From contig NC_086097.1 in assembly GCF_963921235.1 (NCBI RefSeq), forward strand, positions 66,962,001 to 67,026,000: a stretch of DNA of 64,000 nt. The letters are read 5' to 3'. Source of the stretch: Mobula hypostoma. Its lineage: Eukaryota. The translations under genes and the position numbers were made by a program. Each line of letters opens with the position of its first letter. Within the stretch, counting starts at the first letter, position 1. The notes under the pieces are model-generated. The model saw only the letters and a program-made list of their open reading frames with translations. It made no database searches and was not told the origin of the DNA. This document shows, in pieces, positions 1 to 11,735 of the stretch.

Positions 1-804
1 GGTCCGTAGATTTTCTGCAGTGTTTTTTTTTCCTGAAAAATCCCTGGATAACTGAGATAGTGAAGTTAAAGACCCCATAATACAATGGAAAGTGAGAGTA
101 CTGAAACGTATGCTTTGTATTTTGTTTTATTTATATTTATCCCCAAAGTCTTTATTTTACGAAGAAAATCCTTCATGAGAACTATTAGCAGTGCCTCCTG
201 CCACTTACTTCTCTTTTCTGAGCCTGAGAAAAGTTGGTTTCTTGATTGGTACCTCAAAAAGATAAAAACCATGGAGGCTCCTTTTTGGTTCAACTTGAGT
301 TATCGTACTTGAGCAAAAGAGGTAACTAGCTGCACTAATTTCAACATCTAAACGATTGAAGATACTGTAGTTCCTTTCCACTGGACTAGTAATTTGTAAC
401 CATGTGAAGAAACACTAGCGAGGGGAGTGTTGTTTTTATTTAAGCTGTTCCTGGATGATGTCAACTTTTCTGAAAACAGTTTGGAAATATTGTTCCTCTT
501 TTTGCACTTGATGCTTGTAATTCTGATAGCCCTTAAAATTCAAAGCTTTATTAAGCTAATGAGATATTTGTAATAAAAAGCAGCATGCTGTAAGAACTCA
601 AGTCAAGCAGTATCCGTGGAGGCAAACGATGAAAGTCCACAGATTCTTCTTGACTGCTAAGTTCTTCCAATATTCCGTTTTACTTTTGTTCCAGATTCCA
701 GCATCCACAATGTTTTTTTTTGTCCGACCTTGTGTTTGTAATGAATGCTACCAAGTCTGTAATATACTGCCTCAGCTGATTATAGTTTCTGCTAGCCAAG
801 AAAG

Positions 805-1240
805 TCATAGAGTTATACAGCATGGAAACAGGCTGTTTAGTCCAACTCATTCATGCCAATCAGTTACCAACCTGAGCTAGTTCCATTTGCCTGTTTTTGG
901 CCTATATCCTCTAAACCATCGGTCGGCAACCTTTTTGCCTCTGTGGGCCAGATCGCATATTAATGAGCGGATGGTGGGCTAGATAAACGCCATAAAAACT
1001 TGAAATATGGGAATTATCCATTTAAGTGCATCGAGTTATGTTTTGCCTCAAATTAATGAATAACACCTGCTAGAAAATCATTTGTGCTTAAGGTTGCCTA
1101 CCCCTGCTCTAAACCTTTTCTATTTGTGTACCTGGCTAAATGTCTTTTAATCTATAATTGTACTCACCTCTACCACTTCCTCTTGCAGTTTGTCCCAAAT
1201 ACCAACCATTCTCTCTGTGAAAAACTTACCTGTCAAAACT
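805..1240 (-). mobile_element. CR1-type 3' end / SINE tail fragment hosting the MITE
   Basis: CATAGAGTTATACAGCATGGAAACAGGC... is the reverse complement of the CR1 3' ends seen at ~41.6 kb and ~61.7 kb. Confidence 0.55.
917..1106. mobile_element. hAT (Charlie/Buster-type) MITE
   Basis: TIRs CATCGGTCGGCAACCTT / AAGGTTGCCTACCCCTG; perfect 8-bp TSD CTCTAAAC at 909-916 and 1107-1114. Confidence 0.9.
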
Positions 1241-1548
1241 CGTACAACTTTTGTAAAATGAGCGATAAATAGGAGTTAGTAAAGAGCCTTGACCTTTATT
1301 TTTCTGTAGTTGTTGCATGTAATGCCATATCAGCTTTCACGCAATTTCTGTGAACAAGTCTTTATTAATCTGTTCCCAGAACATTATGTAAAGGATTTAA
1401 GAGAGACTTGAAGGTTTATGCAAGGCTACATGAGGTAAATGGCATCTTGATTGTAAAAGGTCATACCCATTATTTACAAGTAAACAAGTTCAGTTTTGAA
1501 TTTCAGGTGAGAGTCGCAATCAAACTAAAACCAATTGGCTTTACAATG

Positions 1549-1736
1549 ATCTCTAGGAAGAGGTACAGTCGATGTTTCAGGCTGGGACCCTTCGGCAGGA
1601 CTGTCCTGACGAAGGGTCCCGGCCTGAAACGTTGACTGTACCTCTTCCTAGAGATGCTGCCTGACCTGCTGTGTTCACCAGCAACTTTGATGTGTGTTGC
1701 TTGAATTTCCAGCATCTGCAGAATTCCTCGTGTTTG
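1549..1736. mobile_element. Penelope-derived short element with head-to-head inverted repeat and hammerhead motif
   Basis: Arms 1549-1601 and 1603-1655 are inverted repeats about T1602; 13-bp TSD TGGCTTTACAATG at 1536-1548 and 1737-1749. Confidence 0.85.
1603..1636 (+). ncRNA. minimal type-I hammerhead ribozyme motif
   Basis: GTC-CTGACGA-AGG(gtcccgg)CCT-GAAAC-GTT-GAC: stem I, conserved core, stem II, GUU triplet. Confidence 0.7.
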
Positions 1737-2284
1737 TGGCTTTACAATGGTCCATCTGAGCTGATGCGCACATTGCAACTTACACAGTCATATGGGGAAA
1801 TATCACCATCGCTGGAGTGGAATCAAAAAAACAATGACACTAACTTAAAGAAAATTACATTATGTTGCGGACAAAAGCTTGGTCAGGATGGTCTTAACGG
1901 CAAAAAAAAAGGGATTTGGAGCAAGTATAATCATTTTCTCCCAAAATTATAGAAACTGAAAATAAGGAGCCAATGTGTGAATATAGATGAGAACATGAAC
2001 ATAGTTCAGTTCCTTTTTTGATATTCTGGTGAGTTTAATATTTATACTGTAATGATTTTCTATCAAAATTAAGTTTCCTTCATCAAGCTAATGAATACTC
2101 TGTTTTGAAACTAAACTTGGCACCAGTCTACAGGGATAAATCGAAGAGCACATAACCAAAAGTTTGGTCAAAGAGATAGGTTTACAGTACATTTTAATGC
2201 AGGAAGGAAACCTCATGAGGTTTACATAGACATTTATTTTTGTACTTAGAAATTTATAAACCGTCATCAGTATTCTTATGGAGA

Positions 2285-3010
2285 CAGAAGAGAAAGCAGA
2301 TGCTGGAATCTGGAGCAAAACAAAACAAATTGGTGGAAACACAGCGTTAGGCAGCATTTGCAGAGGAAAATGGACAGTGAGTATTTCGATTCAAGGTCTT
2401 CACAGGGATAAAAGATAGCGGAGGGGAGATAGCCAATATCTGGAGGTGAAGGGAAGGGATAGAACAAGAACTGGCAAGCAATCAATGGATCCAGTTGAGG
2501 AGGGACGATAGGCTGATGGGAGGAGGGAAAAGTGGCAACAGTGAGAGAGACTGGGAGGTGAAGATGGAGGCAACAAAGCGCTGCAGATGATGAAAGATGA
2601 TAGGAAAGGAAAGTGGAGCATTGAACCAAATAAGAGAAATGGAATGGGTAGATGGGAACAGTAAGGGGAGGGGACCCAGTGGGATGCATGTGTGGGGAAT
2701 GGGCAGTTGGAGTAGGTGGAAGAGCATAAAGAAACAGGGTGATGGGGGCCGGATGGGAGGGGAGCAGTGATTGTAAGAGGAACTGGAAGAAAAATGATAG
2801 AGGGGGAGCTGGTTGTCTGAAATTGGGGAATTCAATATTTATTCCATTGAGTTGTGGAGTAGCCAAGTGGAATGAGAGGTACTGTTACTCAGAGGTTTCC
2901 AACCTGGGGTCTACGGATCCCTTGGTTAATGATAGGAGTCCGTGGCAGGTTGGGAACCCCTGCTCTAGATTTTTATTTAGCCTCACTCTGCCCTTGATTC
3001 CCTTGTAGTT
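2285..3010 (-). mobile_element. old Penelope-like 3' fragment
   Basis: GCAGATGCTGGAATCTGGAGCAA...GGCAGCAT terminal motif followed by a purine-rich tract; degenerate. Confidence 0.6.
2890..2962. mobile_element. tiny hAT MITE
   Basis: CAGAGGTTTCCAACC ... GGTTGGGAACCCCTG TIRs; same family as 35004-35082; TSD not preserved. Confidence 0.7.
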
Positions 3011-3077
3011 CACTATCTGTTAATCTTTGATGTAAATCTATTCAATGCCTGTGCCTCCCTGGGTTAGGAAAATCTAA

Positions 3078-3696
3078 GATCAGAATCAGGTTTATTATCA
3101 ACGGCATGTGACATGAAATTTGTTAACTTAGCAGCAGCAGTTCAATGCAATACATAATCTAGCAGAGAGAAAAAAATAATAAATAAAATAAAACATAATA
3201 AATGAACAAGTAAATTAATTACATATATTGAATAGATTATTTTTTAAAATAATCAGAAATACTGTATATTAAAAAAAGTGAGGTAGTGTCCAAAACTTCA
3301 AAGTCCATTTCAGAATCAGATGGCAGAGGGGAAGAAGCCGTTCCTGAATCGCTGAGTGTGTGCCTTCAGGCTTCTGTACCTCCTACCTGATGGTAACAGT
3401 GAGAAAAGGGCATGCCCTGAGTGCTGGAGGTCTTTAATAATGGATGCTACCTTTCTGAGACACCGCTTCCTAAAGATGTCCTGGATACTTTGTAGGCTAG
3501 TACCCAAATTGGAGCTGACTAGATTTACTACCTACTGCAGCTTTATTCGGTCCTGTGTAGTAGCCCCTCCATACCAGACAGTGATGCAGCCTGTCAGAAT
3601 GCTGTCCACAGTGCAACTGTAGAAGTTTTTGAGCGTATTTGTTGACATGCCAAATCGCTTCAAACTTCTAATAAAGTATAGCCGCTGTCTTGCCTT
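3078..3696 (-). mobile_element. LINE 3' fragment (Rex/Babar-L2 group)
   Basis: IIKDLQHSGHALFSLLPSGRRYRSLKAHTQRFRNGFFPSAI C-terminal motif; (ATTCTG)n-type tail. Confidence 0.8.
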
Positions 3697-3969
3697 ACGC
3701 AACCCTCTGCAATAAAAGCGCTTATTTGTTTTATCTTAAAGGGGTAATTCCTTACTCTGAACTCTGTCTGCTATAAACTCATACAAGCGGCAACATCCTC
3801 CTGGCATATTTCTCCTTCCACATCCTAATAAAATCATCTCTTGCCCTTCCAAACTTCATTGCATTGACACCCAACCTATTTAACATTTCCTTATAAGTCA
3901 ATCCTTTTACCCCAGTATTTAGTCTACTTAGCCTTCCCTGTGCTATGTTCAAGTACTCCCCTTAAATAT

Positions 3970-4249
3970 ATACAGGCATCCGTTAGTCTCATGAAACCAT
4001 GGATTTGAGCCTGGGCAAGGTTGTATGGAAGACCGGCAGTTGCCCATCCTGCAAGTCTCCTCTCTCCACACCACCGATGTTATCCAAGGGAAGGGCTCTA
4101 GGGCCAAAACAACTTGGCACCAGTGTCGTCACAGAGCAATGTGTGGTTAAGTGCCTTGCTCAAGGACACAACATGCTGCCTCAGTTGAGGCTCAAACTAG
4201 CAGCCTTCCGATCACCAGACCAATGTCAACCACTTGGCCACGTGCCAAC
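3970..4249 (-). mobile_element. tRNA-derived SINE
   Basis: 15-bp TSD ACTCCCCTTAAATAT at 3955-3969 and 4250-4264; A box TGGCCAAGTGG and a B-box-like motif on the minus strand; same family as 38674-38985. Confidence 0.88.
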
Positions 4250-4538
4250 ACTCCCCTTAAATATGGAAAGCAAAACTGCATGCCATACCCTACACTTCTG
4301 TGAAGCCTTCCTACCTTTATTACCAAATAGATCCCTTTATACTGTTGTGTTTTGTAATCCCGCTGCATTTAAATCAGGGGTTCTTAACCTGAGGTCCGTG
4401 AACTTGGATGGGAAAAAAGTACGTCTTTATTTTCACTAACCTCTAACTGAAATTTAGTATTTCCTTCAATTATGAATGTAGGCAACAAACTGCAGTAGCA
4501 GTACCTGTGACTTTGTCACCAATAGAAATCACAGATAT

Positions 4539-4639
4539 CATAGTCCTGACGAAGGGTCTCGGCCTGAAACGTCGACTGCGCCTCTTCCTATAGATGCTGC
4601 TTGGCCTGCTGCGTTCACCAGCAACTTTGATGTATGTTG
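4539..4639 (+). mobile_element. Penelope-derived short element inserted in a hAT transposon end
   Basis: Same family as 1603-1736; 9-bp TSD CACAGATAT at 4530-4538 and 4640-4648. Confidence 0.85.
4542..4577 (+). ncRNA. minimal type-I hammerhead ribozyme motif
   Basis: AGTC-CTGACGA-AGG(gtctcgg)CCT-GAAAC-GTC-GACT; canonical GUC triplet ending at 4573. Confidence 0.75.
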
Positions 4640-7600
4640 CACAGATATTTATGGTAGTTATTAGACCTGCCGCTAGATCAAACATGATCACAGGTTTCCT
4701 GTCTGCAAACACTCGTGCAACATAGCTAGCCAACTATCGGGCAGCCCTGGAGCTAGTAGATGTTCACAAAACAGTGACATCACGTGTTCTCAGATTTGTG
4801 TCTAAGGCATCTAGGTTGCTCTGCATTACAGTATTCCCTATCTACAGTTGATGTTGATCAATGCATAGATGGAGGTGAGTCATTGTTGTTTGTTAAAATT
4901 TTGCAAAACTGGACAGTTCAAATAAGAATTCCTATGTCTCCATAAGACCGCATGGCCCTTTGTAATACAGATAGGGGTGCAGGCTATGGTGTAGACCAAG
5001 CAAGTTCAAGTGCATCTGAAGGTTGGGATAACTGCTGAAGTGTGCCAGTTAGAGTAACATCTTATTATTGCTAATAGATTGCAAAGTCATGCACAGTGTT
5101 GTAAGTTCTGTGAGTAGCAGAGCTTCTTTCTCTCTTTTTGTTTTTCTCTTTGTACTTCCTTTTTGTACACTGTCTGTCTCTGGAAGTAAAGATGTGCACA
5201 CGCAGTAGGTTTTACAAGCGTTGTTTGTGTATTATTATTCCGTTAAAAAACCATCTTAAAAACAACTTTGTGAGAAAACTGCAAATGATATCAGAAATGA
5301 GAACCATGATTTCCAGGAAGGCACAGAAAGCCACACAACTCCATGGGCAATATTAGCCAAATTTCAGGAAGGACATGGCGCCTGAAGCCATTAAAAATGT
5401 TAAAACTTCGGGTAAATTGTAAAACCTGCCTTATTTTACTAACTTGACATACAAATTTGTTGAATATCTTACACTTTACTTAATTAACATACAGATTACT
5501 TATTTCTTTGTAGACTTATCACACAAATTACTTAACTATACAAAAATATTGAGTTTCAAAAAAGTCAACTGAATTAAATATTTTATTTTAACTTTATTTT
5601 ATTCTTTTTGCAGGCCCAATTTAAGTTGAAATGTCGAAGGAAATTGACTATGTATTTTATGGTTTCACTTTCATTGATGGATGTGATGGGACACAAAATC
5701 AACAGTGTTTTTTGTGTAGAAAAATTCTTAGTAATGAAAGTATGACGTTAGTAAAGCTGAAACAGCACCTCACGTTTGTCCATCCTGAAAATACATCTAA
5801 AGATGCGGATTTTTTTGTGCAAAGAAAGCTTAATTTGAAAAAATTGGGACACTTCCAAAACTTGGGTTTGCCATTTCACAAAAACCTTTTCTTGAAGCAT
5901 CCTATAAAGTTGCCTACCAGATTGCCAAACAAAAGAAGCACCACACTATTGGAGAAACTTTAGTAAAGCCGTGTGCATGGGATATGGCCGAGATGGTTTG
6001 TGGACAGAAACAGAGAAAAAAAACTGGAAGCAGTTCCCTAATCAAATAATGTGACACGTTCTAGATACATTCAAGATATTGCTTTTAACGGTTTGAAGCA
6101 GGTTATTGAGGAAGTGGCAAATTCCATCCAGTATGATACTGCTTAAAACTACAGACATCTCTCAATGTAGTCAGCTTCTTGTTTTTGTTCATTATGTGCA
6201 TGCTGATGCCATCAAAGAAGAATTCTTATTTTGTGAGACCCTCTTAGAAACTACAAAGATCACTGACATTTTTGAAATGGTAAAAAGTTTTTTTACCAAG
6301 TAAAATTTTGACTGGAAGGAAAAAATTCATATTCTTTGCACAGATGGAACTCCTGCAATGCTTGCTAATACATCTGGTTTTGCTACTTTAGTGAAAAAGG
6401 AAGCTCCTCATGTCATCATTACTCATTGTATTTTTACTCAGACATGCACTGGCAACAAAGACTCTTCCAACAACCCTGAAAGAAGTTTTCTCAACAGCCA
6501 TAAAAGTCATCAGCTTTATTAGAAGTAGATCTCAATCAGAATAATCACATTTTTAAGACTTTGTCAAGAAATGGGTGTAGAATATGAAGTTTCTTTACCA
6601 CACAGAAGTTCACTGGCTTTCAAGAGGACAAGTCTTGAAGCACCTGTTTGAACCAAGGACAGAAGTTTCACTCTTTCTGAAAGAAAAAGAAACTCACTCT
6701 TCAAACAGTTTTGAAAAAAAGGATTGTATCCATGGATTGGCTTTCCTGGCAGATCTGAAGTCTCCATTATGGATGCTATTGAAAAATTTAAAACTTTTTT
6801 GGGTAAGCTGCCTCTATGGAAGAAGAGAGTAGACGCTGACATCTTTGCAAATTTTCAAATGCTGCAGCAGGTGGTTTACCAAGATAGAGTTGAGATACAA
6901 AATTCTCTGTCAATTTCTTTGAAGAGAGACATCTGCGAACACTTGGAATCACCTCAAGACTCTGTCAAAAGTTATTTCCATCTTGATGGCATTAAAATTG
7001 AACCAATTGATCCACAGTCCTTTTCTTCCTGATATAAACTGTATCAAATATGTTGATCTAGCCAAAGATGAAAACTTTAGGATGAAAACTTACTACAATA
7101 TTAGTTTAACTCAAAGAACCTTGAAGAATTCTGGTGTTCCTTGAGAGAAGCCTATCCTCACCTAGTTAAATAAGCTATGGAAATTTTAATTCCATTTGCA
7201 AGAACATATCTTTGCAAATCATGATTTTAAACACTTGTGACTATTAAAACAAAAAAAATCGAAATCAATTGAATCTCCATCATGTCAGTGTAGCTTTGTC
7301 AAAGTTTGCCCCGCAGTTTAATGTTCTTATTCAAGCTAAGCAACAACAACCTTCACACTGATATGTCTTTAAAAAGTAAATATATTTTTTAACTTGCCTA
7401 TACTTTAAATATATATAAAGGTTTAGTCTTGTTATTTAATGTGTTCATAAAGAAGCACATATATAATTATATCACAAATTTGTTTTTTTTATTTTGATAA
7501 CAATTTCTATATAATTGGTTTCTTTTGTAATCCTATGTATTTTATGTTATGTATTTAAATACATTATGCTGAGAAGTGGTCTGTAGGCTTCACCGGACTG

Positions 7601-7922
7601 CCAGTTTTAACATGGATTGTAAATAGTGGAGTCTTCGCCATCTGCAAGTTGTTTTTTGATACTGATAGCATTCCATTTCCAATCTGAAAATGTCCTTTTA
7701 TTAATGCTCTGTTTTTTCTGTTAGTCAGTCAATTCCCTATCAATGCCAATATATTATCTCTAAGTATGTGCATTCAAGAAGTGTAGAAACCATTTATGTG
7801 ACAACATACTGAATATCTCTGAATACGCTACATCTACTGATGCATAAAAGAGTGGAGCAAATCCAGCCCAGATAATTACCACACAATCAGCAAAGTGAAG
7901 GAAGTTTTTATTAACAGTGCTT

Positions 7923-9243
7923 CACTCAGTAGCTACTTTATTAGGTACACCTGTACACCAATGTTTCCTCTAACTTGTAATGAACGGTGTGTGCAAAAAT
8001 CTTGTGCTGTGCAATTTTTTCCCAGTGACAAAACATGTGTGCATTGAATTTTATATACAGGGATATTAATTTTAACAGCTAACAAAACACTGTCAATAAG
8101 AATTTTGATCTCTTCTGTGCTTGATCATTTTCACCCACGTTCATCTGCACCCTCATAAAACATACGTAGCAGCCCTGTAGAGGGTAATAAAGGATTTTCT
8201 GGCCAGAGCTTTTGCACACCATCCATATGTGATATGTTTGTTAAATGATGCTTTAAAAAGTCAAGTTTCCAAATATCACTATATCACTCCACTTCTTCCC
8301 ACTTGCAAATTCACCAGTAATTTTTGCATCGTGACAGTACATGCAGGTAACACCAGTTTCTGTATTGTACATAAATATTTCTTGTAGCTGTATATCTTGG
8401 ACTCATGGGCTTTTGGTGTAGCAGTTTCTACTGTTTCATTAAGCCATTCCACTTTAAATGAACTAGCAGTACTTTGGCGATACACGCTCTTTGCTTCTCT
8501 CGAATTCAACATAGTGAATCAATAATTTCTTGAATAAAATCAGTATAAATAAGCCAGTTCTAAAATCTGCAGACAAATCATCACAAACTCCACGTTGTCA
8601 ACACCGTCTGCATCAGAAACCGGAAAAAGAAACTTACTTAACATGCCAACGAAGTAGAGGATGACAACCTTCTGTGTGCAGTTTAAATTCCTTTGTGCAT
8701 TAGTAGCAAAAGATGTGAGCACACACACATGCGCACACCTTAGAAGGAACATTACTGTACATGTGCTTGTTAATGCAAATATCCATTCAGCCAAATGTGG
8801 CAGCAACTCAATGCATAAAAATATGCAGACATGGTCAAGAGGTTCAGTTGTTCAAACTAAACATCAGAATGAGGATGAAATGTAATCTAGATGGCTTTGA
8901 TTGTTGGTTTGAATATCTTAGAAACTGCTGATCTCCTGGAATTTTCATACACAACAGTTTACAGAGTTTACAGAGAATGGTGAGAAAAACAAAAAAAAAA
9001 ATCCAGTGAGGGGCAGTTCTGTGGGTAAAAACACTTTGTTAATGAGAGAGGTCAGAGGAGAATGGCCAGAATAGTTCAAGCTGAGAAGAAGGTGACAGTA
9101 AATCAGGAAACCACAAACAGTGGTGTGTAGAAGAGCATCTCTGACCGCACAACAAGTAAAACCTTGAAATGGATGGGGTACAATAGCAGAAGACCATGAA
9201 CATACACTCAGTGGCCACTTTATTAGGTACAGGAGGTACCTAA
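7923..9243 (+). mobile_element. Tc1-like non-autonomous remnant, interrupted by a hAT element
   Basis: CACTCAGT(A/G)GC(T/C)ACTTTATTAGGTACA terminus present twice (~7923 and ~9205); Tc1 HTH-like remnant RGQRRMARIVQAEKKVT around 9050-9100. Confidence 0.65.
7959..8754 (-). mobile_element. internally deleted hAT element
   Basis: TIRs CAATGTTTCCTCTAA / TTAGAAGGAACATTA; TSD CTGTACAC/CTGTACAT; N-terminal transposase-like remnant SFKVEWLNE on the minus strand. Confidence 0.8.
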
Positions 9244-9249
9244 CCACTG

Positions 9250-9435
9250 CCTGTAAGGAGATTGTATGTTCTCCCCGTGACTGCGTGGGTTTCCTCCCAC
9301 AGTCCAAAGATGTACCGGTTGGTAGGTTAATTGATCATTGTAAATTATCCCATGATTAGGCCAGGATTAAATTGGGGGATTGCTGGGCAGCGTGGCTGGA
9401 AGGGCCTATTCTGTGCTGTATCTGAATAAAAATAA
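9250..9435 (+). mobile_element. V-SINE-like fragment
   Basis: TGTTCTCCCCGTGACTGCGTGGGTTTCCTCCCACAGTCCAAAGATGTACCGGTTGGTAGGTTAATTG conserved core; related copies at ~24.6, ~27.2 (minus) and ~37.5 kb. Confidence 0.75.
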
Positions 9436-9439
9436 GAAA

Positions 9440-9950
9440 TAGAAGCCTACAAAAGGTGGTGGATGCAGCCCAGTCCATCACAGAAAAAGCCTTCCCCACT
9501 TTTGCGTACATCTACAAGGTGTGCTGCCACAAGAAAGCAACATCCATCATCAGGATCCTCACCATCCAGGCCATCTTTGCTTCTCACTGCCGCCATCTGG
9601 ATCCAATGCCACCAGTTTCAGGAAGTTTCTGTCTCATGGACCTCTGGTTTCCTCCTCCTGTGGTCAATAATCAGCTCTTTTGTTTTACTGACATTGAGTG
9701 AAACATTGTTGTGGCACCATTCAACCAGATTTCCAATCTTCCTCCTTTATGTCAATTCATCACCACCCTTGATTCAGCCAACAATAGTGGTGTCATCAGT
9801 AAACATAAATATGACATTGGAGCTGTACTTAGTCTCACAGTCAGAAGTATAAACCAAGTAGAGTAGGGAGCTAAGCACATGGCCTTGTGGTGCATATATG
9901 GTGATTGTGGAAGAGATGTTGTTGCCAATCCGAATGGACTATGGTCATGA
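9440..9950. mobile_element. LINE (Rex/Babar-L2 group) fragments in opposite orientations
   Basis: KVVDAAQSIT on +, followed by minus-strand RT sequence homologous to ~22520-22800. Confidence 0.6.
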
Positions 9951-10254
9951 ATTGTTAAAAATTTCCACAGTACGCTCCCCAGCTATTTAATACTTGTAAT
10001 ATTCCCTGCCTTGTATCCTCCTCACCCCATCCTCTTAACATTTTATCACCTCCGCATATCCCAGTAATCTCACCTGCCTTCCTCAGTCTTTGCTTGACTT
10101 TTCCCCAATCAGCTGCCATGCACCACCCCTCTTTTCAGTGTCTTCAAGCTTGCCTATCCCCACTAGTGGTTCTCCTCTCCCGCTCACTACACGATTTTCT
10201 GCCATTTAGAAGATCTTCAATTAAAATTTATGGTTAGCATAGGTAGGCCGCAGA

Positions 10255-11735
10255 GCCTTTTGGGCATGTGTGCTTTTTAAACTTCTTCAATGTGCCTCCA
10301 ACTTCCACCCTGCCCTTGAATTCACTTGGTCTATTTCTGATACCTCGCTCACCTTTCTTGATCTCTCTGTCTCCATCTCTGGAGACAAACTGTCTACTGA
10401 TTCCCAGAGCAATCTTGACTATACTTCCTACCCTATCTCCTGTAAAAATGCTATTCCCTTTTCTCAGTCTTTTTGTCTCCGTTGCATCTGTAAGGGGTTT
10501 CTTTTTTTTATGTCACTGTGTAGTCTAATTAAAATGGCTTCTTTGTTATGTTAACTGCTGAGAAAATCCTCCCGCTAGCAGTTTGTTTGGATCATGTTAC
10601 TGATAAGAAGGTGTTACAAACCAATTGGGATAGTTGTTATGCTTTCTGTGTGTCTGTAAGATATTGTGATGTGTGGGTTTTTGGGGAGAAGGCGAGAGAG
10701 AGAGAGAGAGGATGAACCAGGTGCTGTGAGTCCGCTAACGGGGTCAAACCCCGAGCAGGAGTCCGAGGTCCAGAGTGTTCGGCGAGGAGAGGAGACGGAG
10801 AGGGACTCGTGTGGAGCGTCTGATCAACCACCGTTGTTGGTCCCAGGCGGCAGGTCGAGGTGGTCCGAGGGGATCGCAGGGTGAAGAAGGAGGGTCCTGA
10901 GCTCCAACTGTTTATGCACAAAGAGATTGAACTTTGATAAGTGTGGCACCTTTTATTTTCCTTTTATATTTTTATTCCCTATTAATTATATAGTTCCAGT
11001 AATATCCATAAACTGTAAATCATTTAATCGTATCTGGTGTATTGTCTATTATTTGGGCAGGGTGGGGTACATTACACAGCATCCACACAAACTAATTACC
11101 CAGTTTGGCGGGGCCGAGGGCTGTTTCCCTAGACAACAGTGAGCTGAGCGACCCTGAGGCCAGTCGGGGGGGCTACACATCTGTTCCCAGAATGAGGCTT
11201 TCCTTTCCAGGACATCAGAGATGTCCTTCTTCGAAGAACAGGGTTTCCGTTCCTCCATCATTAATGCTGCCTTCACTCGCATCTCTATTTCTTGGACATC
11301 CGTGCTCACCCATCTTCTTGCCACCTTAGCAGGGATAGAGTAGCCCTTGTCTTCACCTACCACTCCATGGAGCATCCGCATCTAACACGTCGTACTCCAC
11401 AATTTCCACAATCTTCAAAAAGGTCCTACCAACAAATACATCTTTACCTCTCTCCCCCAACTCTCCACTTTCCGCAGAGATTGCATCTTCCATGATTCCC
11501 GTGTCCGTTCATCCCTCCCCACTAATCTTCCTCCTGCAAGTAACAGACATATGATGCCTTCACCTATCCCCTGCTAACCTGCCCTCCTTCCCCTCCACCT
11601 ACCTTTTTTAGTCTGGTATCCCCCCTTTCTTTTCTAGTCCTGATGAAGGGTTTCACCTCGAAACACTGACTGTTTATTCATCTCCATAGATGCTGCCTGA
11701 CCAGCTGAGTTCCTCCGGCACTTTGTGTTTGTTAA
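10255..11735 (+). mobile_element. decayed Penelope-like retroelement (RT C-terminal remnant plus terminal repeat), interrupted by a solo LTR
   Basis: ASNFHPALEFTWSISDTSLTFLDLSVSISGDKLSTD is a typical PLE RT motif. The coding sequence resumes after 11181 and ends in a degenerate CTGATGA...GAAAC hammerhead-type repeat (11636-11671) of the same family as the short elements. Confidence 0.85.
10489..11177. mobile_element. solo LTR (Gypsy-like)
   Basis: Begins TGTA, ends TACA; 4-bp TSD CATC at 10485-10488 and 11178-11181; excision restores the Penelope reading ...RCICSQ. Confidence 0.85.

Larger units (their letters stand above)
4375..7603 (+). mobile_element. decayed hAT transposon (Buster/Charlie group) with pseudogenised transposase ~5631-7360
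   Basis: Left TIR CAGGGGTTCTTAACCT. Frameshifted fragments: YVFYGFTF...QCFLCRKILSNESM...KLKQHL (BED finger), TTDISQCSQLLVFVHYV...IKEEFLFC, LYHTEVHWLSRGQVL, and terminal QQQPSH*. Right TIR not found. Confidence 0.88.

Noticed and set aside
2276..2866. 196-aa Pro/Ser/Leu-rich minus-strand ORF
   Set aside because: Translation of the low-complexity pyrimidine strand of a Penelope 3' region.
5631..7360. Domesticated ZBED/SCAND-type host gene
   Set aside because: Numerous frameshifts and stops; transposon TIR still attached.
11636..11671. Active hammerhead ribozyme at the Penelope terminus
   Set aside because: CUGAUGA and GAAA are present, but the NUH triplet is mutated (ACU) and stem II is weakened.
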